This document shows positions 1 to 9,845 of a DNA stretch of 64,000 bases, piece after piece. The stretch's first letter is position 1. Each line of letters starts with the position of its first letter. The notes beneath the pieces were generated by a model. The model searched no databases. It was not told the origin of the DNA and was given only the letters and a program-made list of their open reading frames with translations. Source of the stretch: Acidobacteriota bacterium (lineage in GTDB: Bacteria > Acidobacteriota > UBA890 > WLXD01); the NCBI GenBank assembly GCA_963666055.2, contig CAXWPH010000015.1, forward strand, positions 1,184,001 through 1,248,000. Reading direction: 5' to 3'. Made by a program: the position numbers and the translations under genes.

Positions 1-1120
1 CGCGGGGCTGTTCGTCAGGAGCTTGCTCAACATCAGCCAGGTGGATCTCGGACTGCAGACCGACAATGTCGTTACGTTCGCCATTTCGCCGCAGCTCAAC
101 GGCTACGAGCCCGAGGAATCGAAGGCCTTGTTTCAGCGCACCGAGGAGGCGCTGTCGGCAATGCCGAGCGTGACCGGCGTGACTGCCGCCATGGTACCTA
201 TCCTCAGCGGCGACAGCTGGGGAAACAGCGTGTCGGTGGAGGGTTTCGAGTGGGGCCCGGATGTCGACAACGGCGCCCGCCTGAACCGCATCGGTGCTGA
301 TTATTTCGGCACGCTCGGTATCCCGCTGATGGCGGGTCGGGAGTTCGCGACCGACGATGCCATGGACACCCCGGGAGTCGCGGTGGTGAACGAGGCCTTC
401 GCGGAGAAATTCGGTCTGGACGGGGCGCGCGCCGTGGGCAAGCGGATGTCGACGGACGGTGGCCGGGGCGCCGAGCTCGATCTCGAGATCGTCGGGGTGG
501 TGCAGAACGCCAAGTACGCGCAGGTAAAGGAGGTGGTGCCGCCGATGTTCTTCACTCCCTATCGCCAGGACGAGAGCATTGGCAACATCACGTTTTACGT
601 GCGCTCGTCGGGCGATTCCCAGCAGGTTCTCAGCGCCATTCCCGGCGTCATTGAGGCGCTCGACCCCAATCTGCCCGTCGAGAGCCTCATCACACTCGAG
701 CAGCAAGCCAACGACAGCGTCTTCCTGGATCGCTTCCTCGGGACCCTGTCGAGTGCCTTTGCGCTGCTTGCTACGCTGCTGGCCTCGGTGGGGTTGTACG
801 GTGTTCTTGCCTATACCGTCGCCCTGCGCACGCGCGAGTTCGGCATTCGCATGGCTTTGGGTGCCGACGGCGGTCGCGTGCGCCGCTTGGTGTTCAAGCA
901 GCTCGGCCGCATGGCGCTCATCGGCTGCGCAGTCGGCCTGGCTGTCGCCCTGGCGCTGGGCCGGGCCGCGGAGTCGCTATTGTTCGAGCTGCAGGGAAGT
1001 GATCCGCTGGTGGTCGGCCTAGCGATCGCGGTGCTCGGCGTCGTCGCGCTGGCGGCGGGAACGATCCCGGCGCTGAGAGCGTCGCGCATCGATCCGATGA
1101 CCGCGCTGCGCTACGAATAA
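1..1120 (+). CDS. ABC transporter permease, ADOP/MacB-FtsX duplicated permease family (5' partial, begins before the window)
   Basis: MacB-PCD segment (GADYFGTLGIPLMAGREF) followed by FtsX TM helices with RTREFGIRMALGA and the C-terminus ASRIDPMTALRYE; frame is open to the window edge. Confidence 0.9.
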   Translation, partial: AGLFVRSLLNISQVDLGLQTDNVVTFAISPQLNGYEPEESKALFQRTEEALSAMPSVTGVTAAMVPILSGDSWGNSVSVEGFEWGPDVDNGARLNRIGADYFGTLGIPLMAGREFATDDAMDTPGVAVVNEAFAEKFGLDGARAVGKRMSTDGGRGAELDLEIVGVVQNAKYAQVKEVVPPMFFTPYRQDESIGNITFYVRSSGDSQQVLSAIPGVIEALDPNLPVESLITLEQQANDSVFLDRFLGTLSSAFALLATLLASVGLYGVLAYTVALRTREFGIRMALGADGGRVRRLVFKQLGRMALIGCAVGLAVALALGRAAESLLFELQGSDPLVVGLAIAVLGVVALAAGTIPALRASRIDPMTALRYE

Positions 1121-1140
1121 CGCGCGAATACAATGCGGCC

Positions 1141-2220
1141 ATGAGAGCCGCTGTATGTCACGAGTTCGGCAAGCCACTCATTGTCGAGCAGGTCGACCTC
1201 GCTGCGCCGCAAGCTGGAGAGGTCAACGTAAGGCTCGCAGCCTGCGCCATTTGCCATACCGACATACACGCCATCGAGGGAGCGTGGGGCGGGCCGCTGC
1301 CGGTGGTATACGGGCACGAGGCGGCCGGCGTGGTCGAGGAAGTCGGCCCCGGCGTGGCGCTCGTGGAGGTGGGTCAGCGTGTCGTGGTCACGCTGCTGCG
1401 CTCGTGCGGGCACTGCTTCTTCTGCTCCCAGGGCCTGCCGGCCCAGTGCGAGACGACCTTCCCTCTGCACGAGCAGAGTCCGCTCACGACGGGCGACGGC
1501 GTGTCGATTTTCCAGGGCTTTCGTACCGCGGCGTTCGCCGAGCAGGTGGTCGTGGACCAATCCCAGCTGGTCGTCATTCCGGAAGACGTGGCTTTCGAAA
1601 GCGCGTCATTGCTGGCGTGCGGAGTCATCACGGGTGTGGGGGCAGTAGTGAACACGGCCAAAGTACCGGCTGGCAGCAGCGTGGTGGTGATTGGCGCCGG
1701 CGGTGTAGGGCTCAACAGCGTTCAGGGAGCGAAGCTCTCGAAGGCGGATCCCATCATCGCCATCGATCTCGTGGAACCCAAGCTCGAGGCGGCGCAGGTG
1801 TTCGGAGCCACCCATCGCGTCAACGGCCGTGAGGACAACGCCGCCGAGGTGGTCCGCTCCCTGACCGCGGGACGTGGTGCCGACTACGTCTTCGTGACGG
1901 TGGGCAGCGCTCCGGCCTTCGAGCAGGGGCTCGGGCTGCTGCGCCGCGGCGGCACCCTGGTGATCGTCGGCATGCCGGCAACCGGTGAGACGTCGGAGAT
2001 CGAGTTGGGTAATCTCGCCGACGCCGGACAGACCATCCTCGGCAGCAAGATGGGGTCGGTACAGATTCAAGTCGATGTGCCGAAGCTGGTGCGTCTCTAC
2101 CAGCAAGGCGAGCTCAAGCTCGACGAGCTCGTTACTAGTCGCTACCCGCTTGAAGAGATCAACGAGGCAATCGCGGCGGTGAACCGGGGCGAAGCGCTGC
2201 GCAACGTCATCCTGTTCTGA
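1141..2220 (+). CDS. Zn-dependent alcohol dehydrogenase (MDR superfamily)
   Basis: CHTD and GHE catalytic Zn motifs, CGHCFFC...C structural Zn site, GAGGVG Rossmann motif. Confidence 0.93.
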   Translation: MRAAVCHEFGKPLIVEQVDLAAPQAGEVNVRLAACAICHTDIHAIEGAWGGPLPVVYGHEAAGVVEEVGPGVALVEVGQRVVVTLLRSCGHCFFCSQGLPAQCETTFPLHEQSPLTTGDGVSIFQGFRTAAFAEQVVVDQSQLVVIPEDVAFESASLLACGVITGVGAVVNTAKVPAGSSVVVIGAGGVGLNSVQGAKLSKADPIIAIDLVEPKLEAAQVFGATHRVNGREDNAAEVVRSLTAGRGADYVFVTVGSAPAFEQGLGLLRRGGTLVIVGMPATGETSEIELGNLADAGQTILGSKMGSVQIQVDVPKLVRLYQQGELKLDELVTSRYPLEEINEAIAAVNRGEALRNVILF

Positions 2221-2233
2221 GCCAGGAGCGACC

Positions 2234-3340
2234 GTGTCTCCCAAGATCCACAGCATCGAGACCTTCAGCAACGAGTTCGTCAGCATCGTGCGACTTCGCG
2301 CCGACGACGGCGCCGAGGGCTGGGGCCAGCTGTCGCCCTACAACGCCGACATCGCTGCGCGGGTGGTACACCGTCAGGTCGCACCCCACGCGCTCGGTGA
2401 GGACGCTGGCGACATCGACGCGTTGCTCGACCGCATTGTCGAGATCGAGTTCAAGTTCCCCGGCTCCTACGTGCGCCGGGCGTTGACCGGTCTCGACACG
2501 GCGCTGTGGGATCTGCGCGGCAAGCGCGAAGGCAAGAGCGTATGTGAGCTTCTCGGCGGTACGCCGCGCCCGTTGGCGGTGTATGGCGCCAGCATGCGCC
2601 GCGACATCACACCCGAGGACGAAGCCCAGCGCCTGGTGCGGCTGCGTGACCAGCATGGCTTCAACGCCTTCAAGATCCGCATTGGCAAGGAGTGTGGTCA
2701 CGACGAGGACGAGTGGCCGGGTCGTACCGAGGCAGTCGTATCGCAGGTGCGGAGAGCGCTCGGTGACGACGTCTCCCTGCTGGTCGATGCCAACTGCGCC
2801 TACACCCCCAAGAAGGCTATCGAGGTTGGCCGCATGCTCGCCGACCACGGCGTGTGCCACTACGAGGAGCCCTGCCCGTATTGGGAATTCGAGTGGACCG
2901 CCGAGGTGACCCGCGCCACCGAGGTGCCGGTTGCCGGGGGCGAGCAGGATTGCTCCGTCTCGCAGTGGCGCCGCATCCTGGAGGCGCACGCTTTTGACAT
3001 CGTCCAGCCCGACGTCTGCTATCTAGGCGGCCTCACCCGAACCCTGCGGGTGGCGGCGATGGCCAACGAAGCCGGGCTGCCCTGCGTCCCGCACTCGGCC
3101 AACCTGTCGATGGTCACGGTGTTCACGCTCCACATGATGGGAGCCATCGAGAACGCCGGGCCGTACGTGGAATTCTCCATCGAGCCGACCGAGTACTACC
3201 CATGGCAGGAAGGCCTCTACGCGCCTGCACTGGAGGCCGTCGACGGCAAGGTGCAGATCCCCGACGGCCCTGGTTGGGGCGTCGAGGTCAACCCCGAGTG
3301 GCTTGCCGGCGCCGAGCGTCAGATCAGCGAGCTGGATTGA
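2234..3340 (+). CDS. Mandelate racemase/muconate lactonizing enzyme family (enolase superfamily) protein
   Basis: [11 protein letters not shown], KxR (FKIRIG), LLVDAN, YEEP and GGEQ metal ligands, [10 protein letters not shown]-terminus. Confidence 0.9.
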   Translation: MSPKIHSIETFSNEFVSIVRLRADDGAEGWGQLSPYNADIAARVVHRQVAPHALGEDAGDIDALLDRIVEIEFKFPGSYVRRALTGLDTALWDLRGKREGKSVCELLGGTPRPLAVYGASMRRDITPEDEAQRLVRLRDQHGFNAFKIRIGKECGHDEDEWPGRTEAVVSQVRRALGDDVSLLVDANCAYTPKKAIEVGRMLADHGVCHYEEPCPYWEFEWTAEVTRATEVPVAGGEQDCSVSQWRRILEAHAFDIVQPDVCYLGGLTRTLRVAAMANEAGLPCVPHSANLSMVTVFTLHMMGAIENAGPYVEFSIEPTEYYPWQEGLYAPALEAVDGKVQIPDGPGWGVEVNPEWLAGAERQISELD

Positions 3341-3449
3341 AGCGATGGGGCTCGGTGTGAGTTTTTCCATGCAATCGACCGCGGTACTCTTCCTGGCGCC
3401 ACGAACCCACAGCTGGCAGTCTACGATCCACGCTTCCGAGGAATATGTC

Positions 3450-4100
3450 ATGCGACGGTGGACGCTGTTCTGGGCTTTTGCAGCCGCGATGACCGCGGTC
3501 GCTGTGTGGGGGCTGGTGGCCGGCGCAGCGGACGAGGAAACGGCGCGTCTGCTGGTCCGCTGGACCATTCGCGCCTGCCTGGTGCCCTTTCTGTTGGCTT
3601 TTGTTGCCGCGGCCGTCGGCACGCTGTCGCCCGGTGGCGCCGCCGATTGGCTGCTGGACAATCGCAAGCACCTCGGCCTCGCCTTTGCCTACGGCTTCGC
3701 GCTGAACATGATGACGATCGTATGGCTGGCTAGCTTCAATTTCGGCGTCACCTGGAGCCGACTGTCGTTGCTGGATCGGGTCGAATCGTACGGCGGTCTC
3801 GCTGTCGTCGTCGCCATGACGCTGACGTCGTTCGACCGCTTCAGCAAACGGATGAGCCCCGGCGCCTGGCGCCTGCTCCACACGCTCGGGATGTACGGGC
3901 TCTGGTGGGTGTTCTTCAGGACGAACTGGTTGTATTCGCTGTCGGCGGTGCGACGTGGGTTGATGGCCGAGCGGTGGCTCTATCTGTTGATCACATCGTT
4001 GTTGATCGGCTCGCTGCTGCTGAGGTTCACGGCGTTCATTGCCCGGCGACGCCACGGCGCAACCCGGGTGCTTCCGCGCGAGCCAGCACTCGGCCGCTAA
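3450..4100 (+). CDS. Ferric reductase-like (MsrQ-like) transmembrane protein
   Basis: About six hydrophobic helices with RKHLGLAFA and GAWRLLHTLGMY motifs; ATG 3450 follows GAGG. Confidence 0.6.
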   Translation: MRRWTLFWAFAAAMTAVAVWGLVAGAADEETARLLVRWTIRACLVPFLLAFVAAAVGTLSPGGAADWLLDNRKHLGLAFAYGFALNMMTIVWLASFNFGVTWSRLSLLDRVESYGGLAVVVAMTLTSFDRFSKRMSPGAWRLLHTLGMYGLWWVFFRTNWLYSLSAVRRGLMAERWLYLLITSLLIGSLLLRFTAFIARRRHGATRVLPREPALGR

Positions 4101-4229
4101 CCCCACGCAGACTCTTGTGAGGGAAACGCTGGAGTACTACGCAGGGAAGATGAAATAGACGCGTTGCCAGACGGCACCGCTGCGCTTGGACCGACAACCT
4201 CGTCGGTGCCACGGCTCAAGGAGAACACC

Positions 4230-5819
4230 ATGAGGTTAATGCGCCTTCCCGTCATGCCAGTCGCGGTCGCCGTGGCGGCCTTACTCCTGGCGCTTCCGAG
4301 CGTTGGAGAAACCCAGGAGCGCGGACCCGTGGTGCTGCGGCTTCCGGACCCTGGCCAGGTGGACGCGGTGTTCGCGCGGTTCGATGCGCCGGGGTCGGTG
4401 GGGTGTGCCCTGGGTGTGGCTCATCAGGGCCAGCTCATCTACAAGAAGGGCTACGGGCACGCCAACCTCGACTGGAATATCCCGATGAGCCCGACGACCG
4501 CCATCTACGTTGGCTCCATCTCCAAGCAGTTCACCGCTGCGGCGATCGCGCTGCTGGCTCACCAGGGCAAGCTCGGTCTCGACGACGACGTCCGCGAACA
4601 TCTGCCGGAGATGCCCCACCGCAACCCGCCGGTCACCGTACGTCAGTTGGTGCACCACACCGGCGGCGTGCCCGACATGTACCGGGTGATGCGCGAGAAC
4701 GGGCTCACGACGTGGGACCAGTTCAGTCGAGAGGAGGCCTTGGAGCTGCTGTCGCGCCAGGAGCTCGACTTCCCGCCCGGCCACCAATACCAGTACTCCA
4801 ACGGCGGTTACTTTCTGCTGTCGATGATCGTGCAGCGGGCCAGCGGCAAGACCTTGCGTGGGTACACCAGCGAAATGATCTTCAAGCCGCTCGGCATGCG
4901 TGACACGCACTTTCACGACGACCCGGTGCACGTGGTCAAGAACCGCGCCATGAGCTACATGCCGTCGCCGCATGCGGGCGACGAGGGTGCCAACCACTAC
5001 ATCCAAAGCTACCAGGGAAACTTCGCGCTTCCCGGTGCTGGTGGTCTCTACACCACGGTTGAGGACTTGGTGCGTTGGGACCGCAACTTCCTCGACAACC
5101 GTTTGGGCGGGCCAGACTTCATGGAAGTCATACACAGCAAGGGTGTGCTCAACAGCGGCGAGCCCCTCGACTATGCGTTCGCGATTCGAGAAGACGAGCA
5201 TGACGGTCTCCGAACCCTCGGCCACGGCGGATCGTTCATGGGGTTCAAGGCGCACTACGTGCGCTTTCCCGAACAGCAGCTCTCTATCTGGGTGATGTGC
5301 AACATGGGCGAGATCGTGCCCGAGGATTTCGCACTGCGGGTGGCCGATGTCTACCTGGAGTACCCGGCGTCGGAGAATTCCGCACCAGCAGCGCACGTCA
5401 ACGCTGCGCAGGTTGGCTGGTCGACCTCGGAGCTTGGAGAACGGCGCTCAAACAGAATCATCGGCGGCGAATCGCTTCCCGACGACGACTTGCACGTGGG
5501 CTTTTGGGAGCTCGCGCCGCGGGCCATCTACGCTGGTCACGTTCACCCGGTACCGGAGTTCTACGTCATCCTCGACGGGCAGGCCGAGTGGACCCTCGGC
5601 AAGGACACCTTCCTCGCCGCGCCGGGCGAGGTGATCTACATCGCCCCGAATACGATGCACCGGATGGTGAACCTGACCGACGATATAGTGCGGGCGGTCT
5701 GGGGCCGCTGGGCTCCGAACGGTGACCGCAGCGTGTACGAGGGCGAGTCTCGATATGTGGAGCCGATTCCGGAACAACCGCCGGAGGCGGTGTTGTTCAC
5801 GGAGCCTGTTGGGCAGTAG
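4230..5819 (+). CDS. Secreted serine hydrolase (beta-lactamase/AmpC family) fused to a C-terminal cupin domain
   Basis: Signal peptide; SxxK (GSISKQF), YSN, HGG motifs; C-terminal HVHPVPEFY...PNTMHRM cupin motifs; AAGGAG RBS before ATG 4230. Confidence 0.85.
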   Translation: MRLMRLPVMPVAVAVAALLLALPSVGETQERGPVVLRLPDPGQVDAVFARFDAPGSVGCALGVAHQGQLIYKKGYGHANLDWNIPMSPTTAIYVGSISKQFTAAAIALLAHQGKLGLDDDVREHLPEMPHRNPPVTVRQLVHHTGGVPDMYRVMRENGLTTWDQFSREEALELLSRQELDFPPGHQYQYSNGGYFLLSMIVQRASGKTLRGYTSEMIFKPLGMRDTHFHDDPVHVVKNRAMSYMPSPHAGDEGANHYIQSYQGNFALPGAGGLYTTVEDLVRWDRNFLDNRLGGPDFMEVIHSKGVLNSGEPLDYAFAIREDEHDGLRTLGHGGSFMGFKAHYVRFPEQQLSIWVMCNMGEIVPEDFALRVADVYLEYPASENSAPAAHVNAAQVGWSTSELGERRSNRIIGGESLPDDDLHVGFWELAPRAIYAGHVHPVPEFYVILDGQAEWTLGKDTFLAAPGEVIYIAPNTMHRMVNLTDDIVRAVWGRWAPNGDRSVYEGESRYVEPIPEQPPEAVLFTEPVGQ

Positions 5820-5924
5820 GACTACGCTCAGGCAGCCTGCGGCAGGCGGCGGTGGACCGCCTGCCGACCCCGATCCGTGTTACTTACTAGTAGTGTGCCG
5901 CTCTTGCCTCGATACAGAGGTGGC

Positions 5925-8393
5925 ATGAGAAAACTGATCCTCGCAGTACCGATCTGCACGCTCCTGTTGCTCGGGCTTACGGTCGACGTCGGCCTGGCGC
6001 GACGCCTCGCGCAAGCGCCTCCGGTATCCAGTGAGTCGCCGGTCTCGATGAGGCGCGCGCCGTCGCGGAATCTCGAGGAGCGGTTGTCCTACGATGACCA
6101 GAATCAGGCGCTCGGACGGTTTTGCGTACGCTGCCACAACGACGCATCGCTCAGCGGCGGGCTGACGCTCGAGTCGTTCGATGTGGCACGTGCCGCCGAG
6201 CGTGCCGAGATCGCCGAGAAGATGATCCGTAAGCTGCGCGCCGGCATGATGCCGCCGCAGACCGCCCGACAGCCGGATCGAGCCGTCGTAGAAGCGCTGG
6301 TTGCGGCGCTCGAGAACACCATCGACGAGAGCGCGGCGGCAGATCCCGAGCCCGGTCGCAGAACGTTCCAGCGGCTCAACCGCGCTGAGTATGCTGCCTC
6401 GGTTCGGCATCTGCTGGGGATCGACATCAACGTCAGCGCTTTTCTGCCGCTCGACACCAAGAGCGCCAGCTTCGACAACATTGCCGACGTCCAGATGCCC
6501 TCGGCGACGCTAATGGAGGGCTATCTGCGCGCCGCCGGACACATCAGCCGCGCCGCGCTGGGCGACGCCGAGGCCGACTCCGCTTCCACCGTGTACACGG
6601 TGCCGCGCACGGCGTCGCAGAAGGAGCGCGTCGAGGGAGCGCCGTACGGTACGCGCGGCGGAATCTCCGTGGTGCACAACTTCCCCGCTGATGGCAAGTA
6701 CGAGTTTCGCGTCATGCCCCATGTGGCACCCGAGGGGGAGCTGTTCGGTCGCACTTCCCTGGGCGAGGCGATCGACATCTCGATCGACGGTGCCCGGGTG
6801 GCGTTCGTGGAGCTCGACCGGTGGATGTCTGAATCGGATGCCGGTGGCGCCACCATCGTCACCGAGCCGATCGACATTCGAGCGGGTCCACGGCAGGTGG
6901 CGGTGGCGTTCATCCGCCGCGACGATGGTCCGGAAGACGACCTGATCACACCGATCGACCACACGCTGGCCGACCAGCAGATCGGTCTCGGGTACGGCGT
7001 CACTACCTTGCCCCATCTGAGCAATTTCTCGATCGTGGGTCCGTTCGAGGTAACCGGTGTGTCCGACACGCCCACCCGACGACGTATCTTCACCTGTCGC
7101 CCGACGGCGCCCGACGAGGCCGCCCCGTGCGCCGAGAGCATCCTGGCTCGCTTGGCTACTCAGGCGTACCGGCGGCCGTTGCGCGCGGATGACCTGGCTG
7201 GCTTGATGCGGTTCTACGAGCAAGGGGCGACCCAGGGTGGCTTCGAGGGTGGCATCCGGATGGCCGTGCAAGCGTTGCTGGCAAGCCCACACTTCGTTTT
7301 CCGAATGGAAGCGGCGCCCCATGGGTTGAGCTCGGGGGAGGTGTATCGGATCAGCGATGTCGCGCTGGCGTCGCGACTCTCGTTCTTTCTCTGGGGTGTA
7401 CCGCCCGATCAGGAGCTCGTCGACCTGGCGGCACGCCGCGAGCTCTCCAAGCCGCCGGTGCTCGAAAGTCAGGTGCGGCGGATGGTGGCAGAGGCGCGTT
7501 CCGAGGCGCTGGCCACCCGGTTTGCCGCTCAGTGGCTGCGCTTGCAGGATCTCCAGAAGGTTCATCCGGACGCTCTGAACTATCCGTATTTCGATCACAC
7601 GCTCGCCGAGGCGATGCAGCGCGAGACCGAGATGCTATTCTCGTTCCTGGTCCGCGAGGACCGCAGCGTGCTGGAGTTGTTGACTGCCGACTACACGTTC
7701 GTGAACGAGCGCCTGGCGCGCCACTACGGCATGCCGGGTGTCAGCGGCAGCGAGTTCCGCCGCGTGACCTACACGGATGAGCGACGACGCGGTGTGCTGG
7801 GGCACGGCAGCATCCTCACGCTTACCTCGCATGCCAACCGCACCTCGCCGGTGCTGCGCGGCAAATGGATCATGGAGGTCCTGCTCGGTAGCCCGCCGCC
7901 TCCCCCACCGCCCGATATTCCCGACCTCGAGGAGACCGACAGTGTGAGGGGTGACCGCTTGCTGTCGGTTCGCGAACAGCTCGCCGAGCACCGCGCTAAT
8001 CCGGCTTGCAGCTCGTGTCACAACGTTATCGACCCGATCGGGCTGGCGCTCGACAACTTCGACGTCACCGGCGCCTGGCGCATTCGCGACCGCGGCGTCC
8101 CCGTCGACGCCTCCGGCCAGCTCTACGATGGGACGCCGATCCACGGTCCCAGCGATCTACGTGAAGCGTTGCTGAGCCGCTCGGACGTGTTCGTCACATT
8201 TTTCACGGAGAGTCTGATGGCCTACGCTCTTGGACGACGGGTGGAGTATTACGATATGCCCGCGATTCGGCAGATCGTCCGCGAGGCGGAAAAGGGCGGG
8301 TATCCGATGTCGTCCTTGGTACTGGGCGTCGCCAAGAGCACGGCGTTTCTGATGAGTAGAACGCAGACCGCAACGGCCGACGGAATCGAGTAG
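5925..8393 (+). CDS. DUF1592/DUF1588 (PSD/PSCyt) planctomycete-type cytochrome c domain protein
   Basis: Signal peptide, CVRCH and CSSCH heme motifs, QRLNRAEY, LASRLSFFLW, RTSPVLRGKWIMEVLLG. Confidence 0.88.
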   Translation: MRKLILAVPICTLLLLGLTVDVGLARRLAQAPPVSSESPVSMRRAPSRNLEERLSYDDQNQALGRFCVRCHNDASLSGGLTLESFDVARAAERAEIAEKMIRKLRAGMMPPQTARQPDRAVVEALVAALENTIDESAAADPEPGRRTFQRLNRAEYAASVRHLLGIDINVSAFLPLDTKSASFDNIADVQMPSATLMEGYLRAAGHISRAALGDAEADSASTVYTVPRTASQKERVEGAPYGTRGGISVVHNFPADGKYEFRVMPHVAPEGELFGRTSLGEAIDISIDGARVAFVELDRWMSESDAGGATIVTEPIDIRAGPRQVAVAFIRRDDGPEDDLITPIDHTLADQQIGLGYGVTTLPHLSNFSIVGPFEVTGVSDTPTRRRIFTCRPTAPDEAAPCAESILARLATQAYRRPLRADDLAGLMRFYEQGATQGGFEGGIRMAVQALLASPHFVFRMEAAPHGLSSGEVYRISDVALASRLSFFLWGVPPDQELVDLAARRELSKPPVLESQVRRMVAEARSEALATRFAAQWLRLQDLQKVHPDALNYPYFDHTLAEAMQRETEMLFSFLVREDRSVLELLTADYTFVNERLARHYGMPGVSGSEFRRVTYTDERRRGVLGHGSILTLTSHANRTSPVLRGKWIMEVLLGSPPPPPPPDIPDLEETDSVRGDRLLSVREQLAEHRANPACSSCHNVIDPIGLALDNFDVTGAWRIRDRGVPVDASGQLYDGTPIHGPSDLREALLSRSDVFVTFFTESLMAYALGRRVEYYDMPAIRQIVREAEKGGYPMSSLVLGVAKSTAFLMSRTQTATADGIE

Positions 8394-8402
8394 AAGCCAG
8401 CG

Positions 8403-9845
8403 ATGTACATCACCAAGAAGCACATTTCCCGTCGCATGGTCCTTCGGGGGCTAGGCGCAAGCGTCAGCGTGCCTCTCCTCGACGCCATGGTCCCCGCCGG
8501 CGCGCTGCTGGCCGAAACCACGGCCGGCGGGGCATCCGGGCACACCCGCCTGGTCTGTATCGAGCAGGTGCACGGCGCGGCGGGCTGCAATGAGATCGGG
8601 GAGTCGCTCAACCTCTGGGCGCCGGCGAAGGTGGGTCGTGGCTTCGACCTGGCCCCCAGCAGCCTCAAGCCGTTGGCCCCATTCCAGGACTACCTCACGA
8701 TCGTCAGCAACACCGATGCCAGGATGGCGGATGCGTTGAATCCCGAGGAGATCGGCGGCGACCACTTTCGCTCGAGCGCTGTCTTCCTGACGCAGGCTCA
8801 TCCGAAGCTCACGGAAGGGTCGGATGTCTACGTCGGTACCTCAATGGACCAGCTCTACGTGCAGCGCTTCGGACAGGACACGCCCATTCCGTCGATGCAG
8901 CTATGCATTGAGAACGTCGACCAGGCGGGTGGGTGTGCCTACGGCTATGCCTGCGTATATACCGACACAATCTCCTGGGCGTCGCCGGCGCAGCCGTTGC
9001 CGATGGTGCGCGATCCACGCGCCGCTTTCGAGCAGATGTTCGGTGCCGGCGGCACGCCGGAGCAGCGATCCGCACGTCGCCGCGTCGACCGCAGCATCCT
9101 CGACTGGGTGATGGAGGAGATGGCTGGGCTTCGGCGTGAGATCGGCCCCGACGACCGGTACCGGCTCGATCGCTACGTCGACAGCATCCGCGAGATCGAG
9201 CAGCGGATCCAGCGCATCGAGGCACGCAACACCAGCGGCGAGCGGCGCGAGCTACCGGAGGCACCCGCCGGGGTGCCGGATTCGTTCGAAGAGCACGTCA
9301 AGCTGATGTTCGATCTGCAGGTGCTGGCGTTCTCTTCGGACATTACGCGGGTGTTCTCGTTGAAGCTGGGGCGCGACGGTTCGGGCCGGGTCTACCCGGA
9401 CAGCGGCGTGGAGAAAGGATTCCATGTGGCGTCGCACCACGGCGGCCGCGAGGACCGGGTGCTCGACTACGCCAAGATCAACGAGTATCACGTCGGCATG
9501 CTGCCCTACTTCCTGCAGAAGCTGCAGGACACCGCCGATGGCGACGGCAACCTGCTCGACAACACGCTGATCGTGTATGGGTCGCCGATGGCCGATAGCA
9601 ACCTTCACAACCACCGGCGATGCCCGCTGATTCTTCTGGGCAGGGCCAACGGCGAGCTGGACGGCGGCGTGCACGTTGCCGCCCCGCAAGGCACGCCGAT
9701 GGCGAACGTCATGCTGACCCTGTTGAACAAGCTCGGCGTGTCGGACCTGGAGAGCTTCGGCGACAGTACCGGCGCGTTTTCCTTCGCCGCCGAGGCCGCT
9801 ACGGGCGCTCCTGAAGAACACGTGCTCGAAGCGACCGATGCGTAA
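8403..9845 (+). CDS. DUF1552 family protein (Tat-exported)
   Basis: Tat-like ISRRMVLRG; LDRYVDSIREIEQRI; GNLLDNTLIVYGS; usual partner downstream of DUF1592. Confidence 0.88.
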   Translation: MYITKKHISRRMVLRGLGASVSVPLLDAMVPAGALLAETTAGGASGHTRLVCIEQVHGAAGCNEIGESLNLWAPAKVGRGFDLAPSSLKPLAPFQDYLTIVSNTDARMADALNPEEIGGDHFRSSAVFLTQAHPKLTEGSDVYVGTSMDQLYVQRFGQDTPIPSMQLCIENVDQAGGCAYGYACVYTDTISWASPAQPLPMVRDPRAAFEQMFGAGGTPEQRSARRRVDRSILDWVMEEMAGLRREIGPDDRYRLDRYVDSIREIEQRIQRIEARNTSGERRELPEAPAGVPDSFEEHVKLMFDLQVLAFSSDITRVFSLKLGRDGSGRVYPDSGVEKGFHVASHHGGREDRVLDYAKINEYHVGMLPYFLQKLQDTADGDGNLLDNTLIVYGSPMADSNLHNHRRCPLILLGRANGELDGGVHVAAPQGTPMANVMLTLLNKLGVSDLESFGDSTGAFSFAAEAATGAPEEHVLEATDA

